Below, in pieces: positions 9,830-19,565 of a DNA stretch of 32,094 nt; the first letter of the stretch is position 1, and every line of letters starts with the position of its first letter. The notes under the pieces were generated by a model, which was not told where the DNA came from, searched no databases, and saw nothing but the letters and a program-made list of their open reading frames with translations. The position numbers and the translations under genes were made by a program. Source of the DNA: an uncultured Syntrophaceae bacterium (GTDB taxonomy: Bacteria > Desulfobacterota > SM23-61); assembly GCA_964537885.1 (NCBI GenBank), contig CAZIDC010000002.1:1-32094 (forward strand), given 5' to 3'.

Positions 9830-11128
9830 ATGTCGGGTCATTCATCAATCTCCGCCCATCCGGGGAGTAGTCAAAATCGCGGTTGGATCGTTACCTTTGC
9901 CGGCACCGGGATTAATTTAGCCCTGGGAGTTCTTTACGCCTGGTCCATTATCTCCAACCAGATCGCCAAGGAATGGGGTTGGAGTGAAACGCAAACCGCC
10001 CTTCCTTACTCCATCGCCATCGCCGTCTTCGCCGTAGCCATGGTTCTCGCGGGAAGGCTGCAGGACAAGGTGGGACCGCGGCTTGTAGCTACGCTGGGAG
10101 GAGTTTTTTGCGGTGTTGGGTTCATTATATCCAGCCTGAGTCAATCCTTGGCCGGGCTGGTTATTGGCTTTGGGGTTTTGGCGGGAACAGGGATTGGTTT
10201 CGGCTATGCTTCGGCAACTCCGCCGGCGGTGAAATGGTTTCCCCCGGCGCGCACGGGTTTTATCGCCGGCCTGGTTGTAGCCGGGTTCGGATTGGCTTCC
10301 GTCTACATTGCTCCCATGGCCAATTATCTTCTGGGGAAGGTCGGAATTCAGAACACTTTCTTGCTCCTGGGCGTTGCTTTCCTGGCTGCAGTCGTACTCC
10401 TCGCCCAGTTGCTTAAAAATCCTCCGGCCGGATACAAAATCCAGGCTGGGCCTTCTATTCCAAAGGCTGAGGCCAAAGGGGAGGTGCCAACAGCTCCAAC
10501 CTCTATGGATTATGAATGGCATGAGATCATCCGCACCCCCCAATTCTATCTTCTATGGGTTATGTTTGTTTGCGCATCAGGTGCCGGGTTGATGATCATC
10601 GGCAAACTGGCCAGGATCGTCGACCTGCAGGCTGGCATTAAAGCCGGCTTTATCTTCGTGGCTTTGCTGGCTGTGGGGAATGCCGCGGGACGGATCGTCG
10701 CTGGCGTCCTTTCCGATAAAATCGGCCGCACCTGGACGATGTTTTCCGTCTTTGTTTTCCAGGCCGTGCTCATGTTTTTGCTGCGCGGTCTCAACACGTA
10801 TAGCACCCTCTTCTTGGCCTCGGTATTCATCGGGTTTAACTACGGGGCAAACCTCTCGGTCTTTCCTTCGGCTACGAAAGACTATTTTGGAATGAAAAAC
10901 TTCGGGGTTAATTACGGGTGCGTTTTTACCGCCTGGGGAGTGGGAGGAATTCTGGGTCCTTTACTCAGTGGCTGGATCTTCGACACTTCCCAAAACTTTA
11001 ATACCGCCTACCTCATCGCCTCCTTCTGCTTGCTTATTGCTGCGGGGTTAACCTTTGCCACCCATGCACCGAAAGCGAAGGCAGAGGAGAAAATTTTGAG
11101 AAAGGCGGCTTTACATAAGGAGTGCTAA
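9830..11128 (+). CDS. MFS transporter, oxalate/formate antiporter (OFA)-like family; likely a carboxylate carrier
   Basis: About 12 TM segments. The N-terminal region GWIVTFAGTGINLALGVLYAWSI...LPYSIAIAVFAVAMVLAGRLQDKVGPR is typical of OFA-type MFS proteins. AAGGAGG lies 8 nt upstream. Confidence 0.85.
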   Translation: MSGHSSISAHPGSSQNRGWIVTFAGTGINLALGVLYAWSIISNQIAKEWGWSETQTALPYSIAIAVFAVAMVLAGRLQDKVGPRLVATLGGVFCGVGFIISSLSQSLAGLVIGFGVLAGTGIGFGYASATPPAVKWFPPARTGFIAGLVVAGFGLASVYIAPMANYLLGKVGIQNTFLLLGVAFLAAVVLLAQLLKNPPAGYKIQAGPSIPKAEAKGEVPTAPTSMDYEWHEIIRTPQFYLLWVMFVCASGAGLMIIGKLARIVDLQAGIKAGFIFVALLAVGNAAGRIVAGVLSDKIGRTWTMFSVFVFQAVLMFLLRGLNTYSTLFLASVFIGFNYGANLSVFPSATKDYFGMKNFGVNYGCVFTAWGVGGILGPLLSGWIFDTSQNFNTAYLIASFCLLIAAGLTFATHAPKAKAEEKILRKAALHKEC

Positions 11129-11183
11129 TACTTTTTCCCTTGGCTGCATCTCTTTGACAGGGGAATTAAAACCGGACCAAAAA

Positions 11184-11218
11184 CCCCTTCTCCGCGCCCG
11201 CGGGGAAGGGGTTTTTTT
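11184..11218 (+). terminator. Rho-independent terminator
   Basis: A GC-rich stem of about 11 bp, CCCCTTCTCCG...CGGGGAAGGGG, is followed by T7 (11212-11218). Confidence 0.85.
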
Positions 11219-11317
11219 ATAGGAAAATGGCCGGTCTTTCTTCCCGGTCGACGAGCAACGGGGGGGAAAGCAAGGGAAAACCGGGGAGAGCACCCTTACG
11301 CCTTAAATGCAAAAGGT

Positions 11318-11346
11318 TTGAGATTTTGCCTTGGGTCTGATATATT
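11318..11346 (+). promoter_or_regulatory. Sigma-70-type promoter candidate
   Basis: TTGAGA (11318-11323), 17 nt spacer, TATATT (11341-11346), about 28 nt upstream of the ATG at 11374. Confidence 0.4.
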
Positions 11347-11373
11347 TCTGCTATAGATAAAAAGGCTATTTCT

Positions 11374-14199
11374 ATGAAACCTTTCAGGTACTGGAAAATC
11401 CGGACCAAGTTAATCAGCTTCACCCTCCTTTTAGCCCTCGCGCCCATGGGGGTGGCAGCCATGCTTTCTTTGCAAAAATTCACGGAGGACCTGAAGCAGT
11501 CTTATGAATCAGATCTTGAACACATCGTCGCCAACATCCAGGCGATGTGCAAAGCCCAGCAGGAGATTTTGCAGAATAAGCTTACTTCAGACTTAAAAAT
11601 CGCTCATTATACCTTTTCCCGGAATGGCCAATATGTATCCATCTCTTCCGACCGACTCGTGGAATTTTGGGCCGAAGATCAACTTACCAAAGAAAAATCC
11701 CGGGTTCGAGTTCCCTTCTGGTCCATCGGCGGAATGCCCATCACTGGGGATAACACTATTGTGGACACCGTTCAACGGTTGGTCGGAGGAACCTGTACGA
11801 TTTTTCAACGCATCGAAGGCGACCGGCTATTGCGCATCTCCACAAACGTGCTGCGAGGTGATGGATCAAGGGCCGTGTCCACCTATCTTTCGGCCTCCAG
11901 CGAGGTGACGAAAACGATCCTTAAAGGAAAGGCTTACCGTGGCCGGGCCTTTGTGGTCAACGCCTGGTACATTACCGTTTACGAGCCGATTCGGAATGAA
12001 AACAACCAAGTCATCGGAGCCCTTTTCGTGGGCATACCGGAACAGAGTGCCCATTCCTTAAAGACAGCGGTCAAGTCCATCAAGATCGGCAAGACCGGAT
12101 ACGCCTATATTATGGACAGTTCCGGTGGGTTGGTCGTCCACCCGGCCAAGGAAGGCGAAAATATAATTGGCGTTAAGGACTCCAGCGGCTTTGAATACAT
12201 GCGCGAGATGGCCCGCAAGGCTCCCCTTTTAAAAGAAAATGAAGTGGGGACCATCCGCTACCCGTGGGTGAATGTGGAGTTGGGGGAGACCAGCCCACGG
12301 ATGAAGATCAACAAGTACCAATATTTTCGGGATTGGGACTGGATTATCGCGGCAGGAAGTTATGAAGAGGAGGTCTTCGAGGGCGTGGCCCGGACAAAGT
12401 TCTTTATTACCTTAGTGGCCATGGGTAGTGTGGCCTTAGCGATTTTGCTGACGGTTATTCTTTCCCGGGTGCTCACCGGACCCGTCATGGAGCTTACCGA
12501 AGTCACAGCGAGGATGGCGGGGGGAGATCTGACCCAGAAAGCCCGCATTACTACGGGAGACGAGATTGGCACTCTGGGCAGGTCTTTTAACCGCATGGCG
12601 GATCAGATTCTCCATTATACCCGGAACCTGGAAGGTATCGTGCACGCTCGCACCGAGGAGATTCAGGAGAAGGAGGAGAAATACCGCAACCTCTCCAATC
12701 TTCTAAACAGCGTGCTGGAAAGTTCAACGGAATATTCCATCATCGCCATGGACCCCGGAGGGATTATCCTGGAGTACAACAGCGGTTCGGCCAACCTTTT
12801 CTACTGGGCCAAAGAAGAAGCGATTGGAAAGATGTGGATTGGGAAGACTTTCCGCAAAGAGGACCGAGCCAGGGGAGTCCTCCTGGAAATATCCCGCAAG
12901 GTGGAAGCCGAAGGCATGACCGAGTTAAAGCTGGAGCGAGTTCGCAAGGATGGAACCTCTTTTCAAGCCGACTCCATCGTTACCATTCTGAAAGATGCGA
13001 CCGGGAAAATATTGGGATTCCTGGAGATCGCCCGGGACATCACGGAGAAACTGGCCCTTGAAAAAGAATTATGGGAGACCAAAGACTACCTGGAAAACAT
13101 CGTTCAAAGTTCGGTAGATGCAATCGTAACCACGGACCCCAAAGGGCGGATTACTTTCGTCAACCGGGCTATGGAAGAGATGGTGGGAACATCCCGGGAG
13201 GATATGCTCGGATCCCCCATCTCCCAGTTTTATTTTGATGGCCTTGCTGAGGCGCGGAAGATCATGGCCATCCTCCGGGAGAAAGGGCGATTGCAGAATT
13301 ACGATTCCTTTGTGCTGAAGCGGGGTGGCCAGACCGTTCCCATCCTCACTTCCGCCTCTCTGCTCAGGGATGAAACCGGCAAGATCATCGGCACCTTGGG
13401 GGTGTTCAAGGACCTGACCGAGAAGAAAAAATTAGAGGAGGAATTGAAAAAGACCCAGGCCCATTTAGCCCAAGCGGGGAAGATGCGCGCCTTGGGAGAA
13501 TTAGTGGCCGGTGTGGCTCACGAATTGAATAATCCGCTGATGGCTGCGGATACCTTCTTGCATGTCATCCGGGAGAACTTAAAAGAAGGGGATGAAAACC
13601 GGCATCGCTTGGAACTGATTCAAAGATGCAACGATCGCATCGCCAAAATTATCAACCACCTGAGGGATTTTTCCCGGCAATCTCCCTTCGCCTTTCGGCC
13701 CATCGATGTCAGAGAGCCGATTGAAAATGCCCTGATGATCACCGGTCAACAGCTTCTCAACCACAACATTCGCATCGTTAAAAATTTTCTGCCGGATCTG
13801 CCCACCCTCTGGGGGGATGCTAACCAGCTGGAGCAGGTTTTCCTCAACCTGATTGCCAATGCCAAGGACGCCATGGAAAAAATCGAGCGCAAGAGGGAAT
13901 TGACCATAACCACTGGATTGGTGCGCCGTAACGGATGGGAAAATATTGAAATCTTGATCAAAGATACGGGGGCAGGGATTCCCGAGGGGAACGTGGATAA
14001 AGTTTTCGAACCGTTTTTCAGCACCAAAGAGGTGGGGAAGGGCACGGGCCTGGGGCTCTCCATTTGCTATGGAATCATCGAGGCTCACGGTGGACAGATC
14101 GAGGTGGAAAGCAGGATAGATGAGGGAACCACCTTGCGCATCATTCTCCCGGTCTTGAAGGATCCCTTGGGGCCGATTGAGGAATGGACAGAAAGGTAA
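11374..14199 (+). CDS. Sensor histidine kinase (TM, dCache-like, TM, HAMP, 2-3 PAS, HisKA, HATPase_c)
   Basis: The N-terminal TM is followed by a ~300 aa extracytoplasmic region with Cache-like motifs (GKTGYAYIMDSSGGLVVHP) and a second TM. A HAMP domain (GDEIGTLGRSFNRMADQI) and PAS repeats follow. The H-box is VAGVAHELNNPL and the G-boxes are DTGAGIP and GKGTGLGLSI. Confidence 0.9.
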   Translation: MKPFRYWKIRTKLISFTLLLALAPMGVAAMLSLQKFTEDLKQSYESDLEHIVANIQAMCKAQQEILQNKLTSDLKIAHYTFSRNGQYVSISSDRLVEFWAEDQLTKEKSRVRVPFWSIGGMPITGDNTIVDTVQRLVGGTCTIFQRIEGDRLLRISTNVLRGDGSRAVSTYLSASSEVTKTILKGKAYRGRAFVVNAWYITVYEPIRNENNQVIGALFVGIPEQSAHSLKTAVKSIKIGKTGYAYIMDSSGGLVVHPAKEGENIIGVKDSSGFEYMREMARKAPLLKENEVGTIRYPWVNVELGETSPRMKINKYQYFRDWDWIIAAGSYEEEVFEGVARTKFFITLVAMGSVALAILLTVILSRVLTGPVMELTEVTARMAGGDLTQKARITTGDEIGTLGRSFNRMADQILHYTRNLEGIVHARTEEIQEKEEKYRNLSNLLNSVLESSTEYSIIAMDPGGIILEYNSGSANLFYWAKEEAIGKMWIGKTFRKEDRARGVLLEISRKVEAEGMTELKLERVRKDGTSFQADSIVTILKDATGKILGFLEIARDITEKLALEKELWETKDYLENIVQSSVDAIVTTDPKGRITFVNRAMEEMVGTSREDMLGSPISQFYFDGLAEARKIMAILREKGRLQNYDSFVLKRGGQTVPILTSASLLRDETGKIIGTLGVFKDLTEKKKLEEELKKTQAHLAQAGKMRALGELVAGVAHELNNPLMAADTFLHVIRENLKEGDENRHRLELIQRCNDRIAKIINHLRDFSRQSPFAFRPIDVREPIENALMITGQQLLNHNIRIVKNFLPDLPTLWGDANQLEQVFLNLIANAKDAMEKIERKRELTITTGLVRRNGWENIEILIKDTGAGIPEGNVDKVFEPFFSTKEVGKGTGLGLSICYGIIEAHGGQIEVESRIDEGTTLRIILPVLKDPLGPIEEWTER

Positions 14200-14275
14200 A
14201 GATTCTATAGCCGGCATGGAGGATGGGGTCACTCGGGTCGGGTAAGGCAACCGCAAGCTACAGGAGCCAAAACGT

Positions 14276-14641
14276 ATGCTTAAAAAAATTTTGGTCGTGG
14301 ATGATGATGAATTGGTCGTAATTGCCGTTCAAGAACTCCTGCACCCTTTAGGGTTTTCTGTGGTTACGTCTCCCAGCGGGCCGGATGCCCTGGAAAGAGC
14401 CATGAACGATCAATTTGACCTGGTCATTCTGGATGTCAACATGCCCGAGATGGACGGATTCGAAGTCTGCCAGAAGATCCGCCAGATCGGCTCTTATACG
14501 GAAACCCCCGTCATGATGCTTACCGCCCGAAGCGGGGAAGCGGACAAACAAAGGGGCGTAGAAGTTGGGGCTAACCTCTATCTTCCCAAGCCCATTTCAC
14601 CAAGACGCCTCATCGCTTTGGTCGAGGAAGCCATGAAATAA
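14276..14641 (+). CDS. Single-domain (CheY-like) response regulator
   Basis: 121 aa, KILVVDDDE...LVILDVNMPEMDG...MLTA...YLPKP. This is a canonical receiver with no output domain. Confidence 0.9.
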   Translation: MLKKILVVDDDELVVIAVQELLHPLGFSVVTSPSGPDALERAMNDQFDLVILDVNMPEMDGFEVCQKIRQIGSYTETPVMMLTARSGEADKQRGVEVGANLYLPKPISPRRLIALVEEAMK

Positions 14642-14646
14642 TTTCA

Positions 14647-14679
14647 GATTGCGGGTTATTTATTCCGTATGCCGCAATC
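14647..14679. repeat. 8-bp perfect inverted repeat (operator or RNA hairpin) between the receiver gene and the Fe-ADH gene
   Basis: GATTGCGG (14647-14654), 17 nt spacer, CCGCAATC (14672-14679). No U-run follows. Confidence 0.3.
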
Positions 14680-14709
14680 CCCAATCGGCAATTTTAGGGA
14701 GGAGGATCT

Positions 14710-16026
14710 ATGGACCGGATTATAGAAAAAGCGCGAAAAATGCTGATCGAATGGAAAGGGGATTCTTATGCCTTTGGGTTTGATGTCCTTGGCCAGACCG
14801 GTGAGTTCGTTTCCCGGTATGGGAAAAGAGCCCTTCTGATCGTGGCGGATCTCAGCGAAGCCTGGGTTGCCCGGACGGCCACACCGGTCATGGATTCTCT
14901 GGAGACCCATGGGGTGGAATTTGAAGCCGTCACCGGCGCCAGGCCGAACGCCCCGAGGGAAGACCTTTACCGGCTGGCTCTGCACGTGGCCCGCTCCCGG
15001 CCCGATGTGATCGTGGCCGTAGGGGGCGGAAGCACCATCGATGCGGCCAAGGCTGCGGGCGTTCTGGCGACCTACGCACCCTCCGCGGCCAAAGATATTC
15101 TCCAGGTTCTCGAGTCAGCGGCCAGCACGGTCGATCCCTATTTCGGCGTGGGAAATGTGACGAAGGTGAAGAACCAGACGAATAAACCTCTCCTCCCCCT
15201 GGTGGCTGTGCAGACCGCCGCCAGCTCGGGGGCCCATCTGACAAAATATTCTAATATTACCGACTTAGTCACGGGCCAGAAGAAACTCATCGTTGACGAA
15301 GCGATCGTGCCCCCGGCGGCCGTCTTCGATTATGGCGTGACTCTGGACTCTCCGATCGGCCTAACCCTGGATGGCGGGCTGGATGGCATCGCCCATGCCT
15401 GGGAGGTCTTCATGGGAGCGAGCGGACAAGCCTATTATGACCGGATGAAGGAAGTGGCCGGAGCCTGCCTCAGCTTGACGGTCTATGGACTTCCGAGGGT
15501 AAAAAAAGATGGCCACGACCGGCAGGCTCGGCTTTGCCTGGGGCTGGGCACGGATCTGGGCGGGTATTCCATCATGCTCGGAGGGACCAGCGGACCCCAC
15601 CTGGGGAGCTTTTCCCTGATTGACGTACTGAGCCACGGGCGGGCCTGCGCCATTTTGAACCCTTATTATACCGTGCTGTTTGCGCCCAGCATCCAGGATC
15701 AACTGTTGGTCTTTGCCGCAATCCTGCAAGAGGCTGGTTTCATCAAAGCCAAGGTTGAAGGGAAGAAGGGGCGAGCTTTATCCGTGCTGGTGGCCAGGGG
15801 CATGATCCAATTCTCCAAAGCCCTGGGCTTTCCGGCAACGCTCGCCGAAGCAGGCGTATCCAAAGCCCATCTAAAACGAATGATCCAGGCGGCCAAAGAC
15901 CCGCAGCTGAAGATGAAGCTGCAAAACATGCCCACGCCCATGGAAACGGAACGGGGAGATGTGGACCGTTTGATGAAACCCACGCTGGAGGCAGCCTTCA
16001 CGGGCAATTTGGATTTGATCCCGTAA
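14710..16026 (+). CDS. Iron-containing (group III) alcohol / hydroxyacid dehydrogenase family protein
   Basis: NAD-binding motif VAVGGGSTIDAAKAA. Metal-ligand histidine regions are DGIAHAWE and GPHLGSFSLIDVLSHGRA. At 438 aa it is longer than classical ~385 aa members. GGGAGGAGG lies 5 nt upstream. Confidence 0.88.
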   Translation: MDRIIEKARKMLIEWKGDSYAFGFDVLGQTGEFVSRYGKRALLIVADLSEAWVARTATPVMDSLETHGVEFEAVTGARPNAPREDLYRLALHVARSRPDVIVAVGGGSTIDAAKAAGVLATYAPSAAKDILQVLESAASTVDPYFGVGNVTKVKNQTNKPLLPLVAVQTAASSGAHLTKYSNITDLVTGQKKLIVDEAIVPPAAVFDYGVTLDSPIGLTLDGGLDGIAHAWEVFMGASGQAYYDRMKEVAGACLSLTVYGLPRVKKDGHDRQARLCLGLGTDLGGYSIMLGGTSGPHLGSFSLIDVLSHGRACAILNPYYTVLFAPSIQDQLLVFAAILQEAGFIKAKVEGKKGRALSVLVARGMIQFSKALGFPATLAEAGVSKAHLKRMIQAAKDPQLKMKLQNMPTPMETERGDVDRLMKPTLEAAFTGNLDLIP

Positions 16027-16100
16027 AGGGAAGAAGAAATAAGAGAGAAAAAATAACCCTCCGCCCGGCGAAGGGGAGGGAGAGGGTGGGGGATTGTAAG

Positions 16101-17537
16101 ATGAGACCAGATCTCCTTTCGGTTTTGCAAAAGGCCGAGATTAAGGGATGGAAAAAGGTGATGGTAGAATTCACCGGGGGGCCGCTCGTTGTCTCCATCC
16201 CGCCGGATGGCGTCGTGATGGCCATGAAAAAGGCTGAGGTGTTGAAAGATCCAGCGCAGAAGATCGAGCGGGTCCTCCATAAACCCATCGGAAGCCCGAG
16301 TTTAGAAAAAATCGTGAAGGGAAAGGGAAAACCGGCGGGCGCATTGAAAGTCGCCATTACCGTCTCGGACATTACCCGTCCTGTCCCCTACAAAGGAGAA
16401 AAGGGGATTCTTTTACCCGTTCTCCAAAAGCTTCAGGCCGTCGGAATTCAGAGGAAGAACATCCGGATCATCGTGGGAACAGGGACCCATCGAGCGAGCA
16501 CCCCGCAAGAAAAAATCAATATGTTGGGGAAAGAGGTTGTTGCTGCCTATGAGGTCAGGGACCATGATTGCGAGGATAAAGCAGCGCTGGTTTACATCGG
16601 CAAGACACCGGCAGGGACCGAGGTTTTCTTAAATAAGCTTTTCCACGAGGCCGACCTGAAGATTGCCACCGGCCTGACGGAGAGCCATTTCATGGCCGGC
16701 GCTTCCGGCGGGAGAAAGGCCATCTGCCCCGGATTGGTGGACCTGCGGACCATCCAGAAATTTCACAGCCCGGATTTTCTGGAATCCCCTTGCGCCACCA
16801 ACCTGGTTTTCGAAGGGAATCCTTGCCATGAAGAATCCCTGGCCATAGCCCGGGCTGTGGGAGTCGATTTCACCGTTACCGTGACCCTCGATAAAGATAT
16901 GCGCCTGACCGGCGTTTTCGCCGGGGACCTGGAGGGGGTTCTGGAAAAAGCCGTGAGCAAGATCAAAGAGTATATCGAGATACCCGTAGGAGAAGAGTTC
17001 GATATTGTTTTTACCCATGGGGGATATGTAGGCCGGAACCACTACCAGCTGGCCAAGGCCGCAGTGGGGGCGATTCCGGCGGCAAAATCCGGGGGGACGA
17101 TTATTATCGCCGCGGACAACCGGGATGAAGAGCCCATTGGCGGACCGGAGTATAAAACTTTGATCCATTTATTGAAACTCCAGGGCCCGGACGGGTACGT
17201 GGATTTGCTCAAATCCCCGGCGTGGAAATTCACCAAAGACCAGTGGGAGCCTGAAGTCTGGGGGCGGGTGCTGAGAAAGGTTGGAGAAGAAGGCCTGATC
17301 TATTGCACCGCGGATATTCCCGAGAAGGATTTAACCCTCCTTCCCGGGGTCAGCGGTTATGAATTTCTCACCCCGGCTGGGGAGAAGAAAGCCCGGGCCA
17401 AAAAGGTTCAGGAGATGGTGCAGAACGCCATCCTCTATTGTTACAGCCGATATTCGAACAGGCAGATTTCCCCTCGCCTCGCTTTCATCAGCGAAGGTCC
17501 GTATGCGGTCCCGGTAAAAAAGGGCGATAGGCAATAG
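16101..17537 (+). CDS. LarA-family protein (nickel-pincer-nucleotide-dependent 2-hydroxyacid racemase/epimerase homologue, DUF2088)
   Basis: N-terminal domain motifs are VSDITRPVP and IIVGTGTHR. The segment ESHFMAGASGGRKAICPG matches the conserved SGGRK region of lactate racemase. The track ORF starts at GTG 16086; I prefer the ATG at 16101. Confidence 0.85.
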   Translation: MRPDLLSVLQKAEIKGWKKVMVEFTGGPLVVSIPPDGVVMAMKKAEVLKDPAQKIERVLHKPIGSPSLEKIVKGKGKPAGALKVAITVSDITRPVPYKGEKGILLPVLQKLQAVGIQRKNIRIIVGTGTHRASTPQEKINMLGKEVVAAYEVRDHDCEDKAALVYIGKTPAGTEVFLNKLFHEADLKIATGLTESHFMAGASGGRKAICPGLVDLRTIQKFHSPDFLESPCATNLVFEGNPCHEESLAIARAVGVDFTVTVTLDKDMRLTGVFAGDLEGVLEKAVSKIKEYIEIPVGEEFDIVFTHGGYVGRNHYQLAKAAVGAIPAAKSGGTIIIAADNRDEEPIGGPEYKTLIHLLKLQGPDGYVDLLKSPAWKFTKDQWEPEVWGRVLRKVGEEGLIYCTADIPEKDLTLLPGVSGYEFLTPAGEKKARAKKVQEMVQNAILYCYSRYSNRQISPRLAFISEGPYAVPVKKGDRQ

Positions 17538-17661
17538 GCCACAGTCGTGGGAAAAGAAGATTGGTTTCTCTCCAAGTTGGGAAGATGGGGGATTTTCGCT
17601 GAAGGAGACTGGAGATTTTTTCGGCTTTTTTAAAAAGGGCCGGCGGAAGGAGGAGGCACCC

Positions 17662-18534
17662 TTGGCCAAGAAGAAAACTGTGCAGGATTTCATCTTGATG
17701 AAACAATCCGGCGAAAAGATCACTTTCCTCACCAGCTATGACTACCCTGCGGCCCATTTTGCGGAAAAAGCCGGAATGGATATGCTTCTGGTAGGAGACT
17801 CCTTGGGGATGGTGGTTTTGGGATATTCCACCACCGTCCCGGTTACCATGGAAGAAATGATTATCCACGCGAAGGCAGTCCGGCGGGGCGCCCCCAATAC
17901 TTTCGTCATCGGCGACATGCCCTTCATGTCTTATCAGGAATCGGGGGAACAGGCCGTACGCAACGCTGGAAGGTTTTACAAAGAGGCGGAGGTTGATGCG
18001 GTCAAGCTTGAGGGGGGAAGGCGGGTAGCCGATCGCATCAAGGCCATCGTCGATTCAGGCATGTCCGTTATGGGGCATATCGGATTAACTCCCCAGAGCT
18101 CCGGCCAGATGGGTGGCTTCAAAGTCCAAGGGAGGACCGCAGAAAGCGCCTGGGAACAGGTGCTTGATGCAAGGGCCGTGGAGGAAGCGGGGGCTTTTGC
18201 CATCCTCCTCGAGGCCGTCCCGCCAGAGGTGGGGAAGGGCATTACGGAATCCATAAAGATTCCCACCCTGGGAATCGGCGCTGGAGTTTATTGCGACGGC
18301 CAGGTGGTGGTTATCTCCGATTTACTGGGAGCCTTCGCGGACTTTACTCCCAAGTTCGTAAAACGCTATGCCAACATCGGTGAAACCATGTTCAAGGCCA
18401 TTGGCGAATATATTGCCGATGTGAAGGCCAAAGCGTTCCCCGAGGAGAAACATACCTACCGAATGCCTCCGGAGGAGATAACCAGGTTTCAGGGGATGCT
18501 CCGCAATAATCGTTTTAACCCGGATGATGCCTGA
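17662..18534 (+). CDS. panB: 3-methyl-2-oxobutanoate hydroxymethyltransferase (ketopantoate hydroxymethyltransferase)
   Basis: The sequence KITFLTSYDYPAAHFAEKAGMDMLLVGDSLGMVVLGYSTTVPVTMEEMIIHAKAVRRG...VIGDMPFMSYQ...VKLEGG is a typical PanB pattern. The TTG start lies 5 nt after GGAGGAGG. Confidence 0.93.
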   Translation: MAKKKTVQDFILMKQSGEKITFLTSYDYPAAHFAEKAGMDMLLVGDSLGMVVLGYSTTVPVTMEEMIIHAKAVRRGAPNTFVIGDMPFMSYQESGEQAVRNAGRFYKEAEVDAVKLEGGRRVADRIKAIVDSGMSVMGHIGLTPQSSGQMGGFKVQGRTAESAWEQVLDARAVEEAGAFAILLEAVPPEVGKGITESIKIPTLGIGAGVYCDGQVVVISDLLGAFADFTPKFVKRYANIGETMFKAIGEYIADVKAKAFPEEKHTYRMPPEEITRFQGMLRNNRFNPDDA

Positions 18535-19550
18535 TGGAGGGCATACCCAGTCGATCTACCTTGAAACCTCTTCTTCACGCTCAACTGCTCAACGGCCCTT
18601 TGGGGGACCCGGCCCTTTTCGTAGAGGTCCTCTGGGAACGCCGGGCCCTGCTTTTCGACCTGGGAGAACTGGGAGGGGTTCGGCCTTCCAAACTCATGAA
18701 GGTTTCCCATGCCTTTATCTCTCATACCCATATTGACCATTTCATCGGCTTTGATTCCCTCCTGCGCCTGATGCTGAACCGGGAAAAGATCCTGAAAATT
18801 TTCGGCCCCCCGGGTTTTCTTGCCAATATCCAGGGAAAACTTGCCGGTTATACCTGGAACCTGACTGCGGAATATCCTTTTTCCGTGCAAGCGGCCGAAG
18901 TTCATCCCGACAGAATTTTTACCAGGGTCTTCCATTGTCAGGAGCGTTTTCTACCGGGTGAGGAGAAGGAGGAGGACTTCCAGGGAATGTTGGAAGAGGA
19001 TTCTCAAATCCAGATTCGCGCCACCCATCTCGACCACCTTATTCCCTGCCTGGGTTTTGCCCTTCAGGAGCGATTTCACATCAACGTGCACAAGGATGAC
19101 CTTGCCCGGATGGGCCTGCCCGTAGGGCCATGGCTCAAGGAAATGAAAGAGGCGATCTGGAGGGGGGAGGGGAATGATTTTTGTCTGGTGGTTCCCTTAA
19201 AGGAAAAAGGGAAAGATGAAAAGGAAATGGCTCTGGGGGAGTTAAAAAAAAGCGTTACTTTTACCCCCGGCCAAAAAATCGCTTACGTCTCCGATTGCCA
19301 GTTCAGCGAAGAGAACCGCCAAAAGATCATTTCCTTGGCAGAGAAGGCCGATTTGTTTTTTTGCGAGGCAGCTTTTTTGGATGAAGACCGGAAGCGGGCG
19401 GAGGCAAGAGCCCACCTCACTGCTCGCCAGGCTGGAGAACTCGCCCGCGAGGCTGAAGTAAAAAACTTACAAATATTCCATTTTTCACCCAGGTACGAGA
19501 AGCAAGCCGATCGGCTCTACCGCGAAGCAGAAGAAGCCTTTAAAGGATGA
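18534..19550 (+). CDS. MBL-fold metallo-hydrolase, RNase Z/ElaC-like
   Basis: The HxHxDH motif is in FISHTHIDHFIGF, and the C-terminal FHFSPRY is typical of the RNase Z-like clade. The ATG overlaps the panB TGA by 1 nt. Confidence 0.75.
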   Translation: MEGIPSRSTLKPLLHAQLLNGPLGDPALFVEVLWERRALLFDLGELGGVRPSKLMKVSHAFISHTHIDHFIGFDSLLRLMLNREKILKIFGPPGFLANIQGKLAGYTWNLTAEYPFSVQAAEVHPDRIFTRVFHCQERFLPGEEKEEDFQGMLEEDSQIQIRATHLDHLIPCLGFALQERFHINVHKDDLARMGLPVGPWLKEMKEAIWRGEGNDFCLVVPLKEKGKDEKEMALGELKKSVTFTPGQKIAYVSDCQFSEENRQKIISLAEKADLFFCEAAFLDEDRKRAEARAHLTARQAGELAREAEVKNLQIFHFSPRYEKQADRLYREAEEAFKG

Positions 19551-19565
19551 CCTCTTTATTACAGA

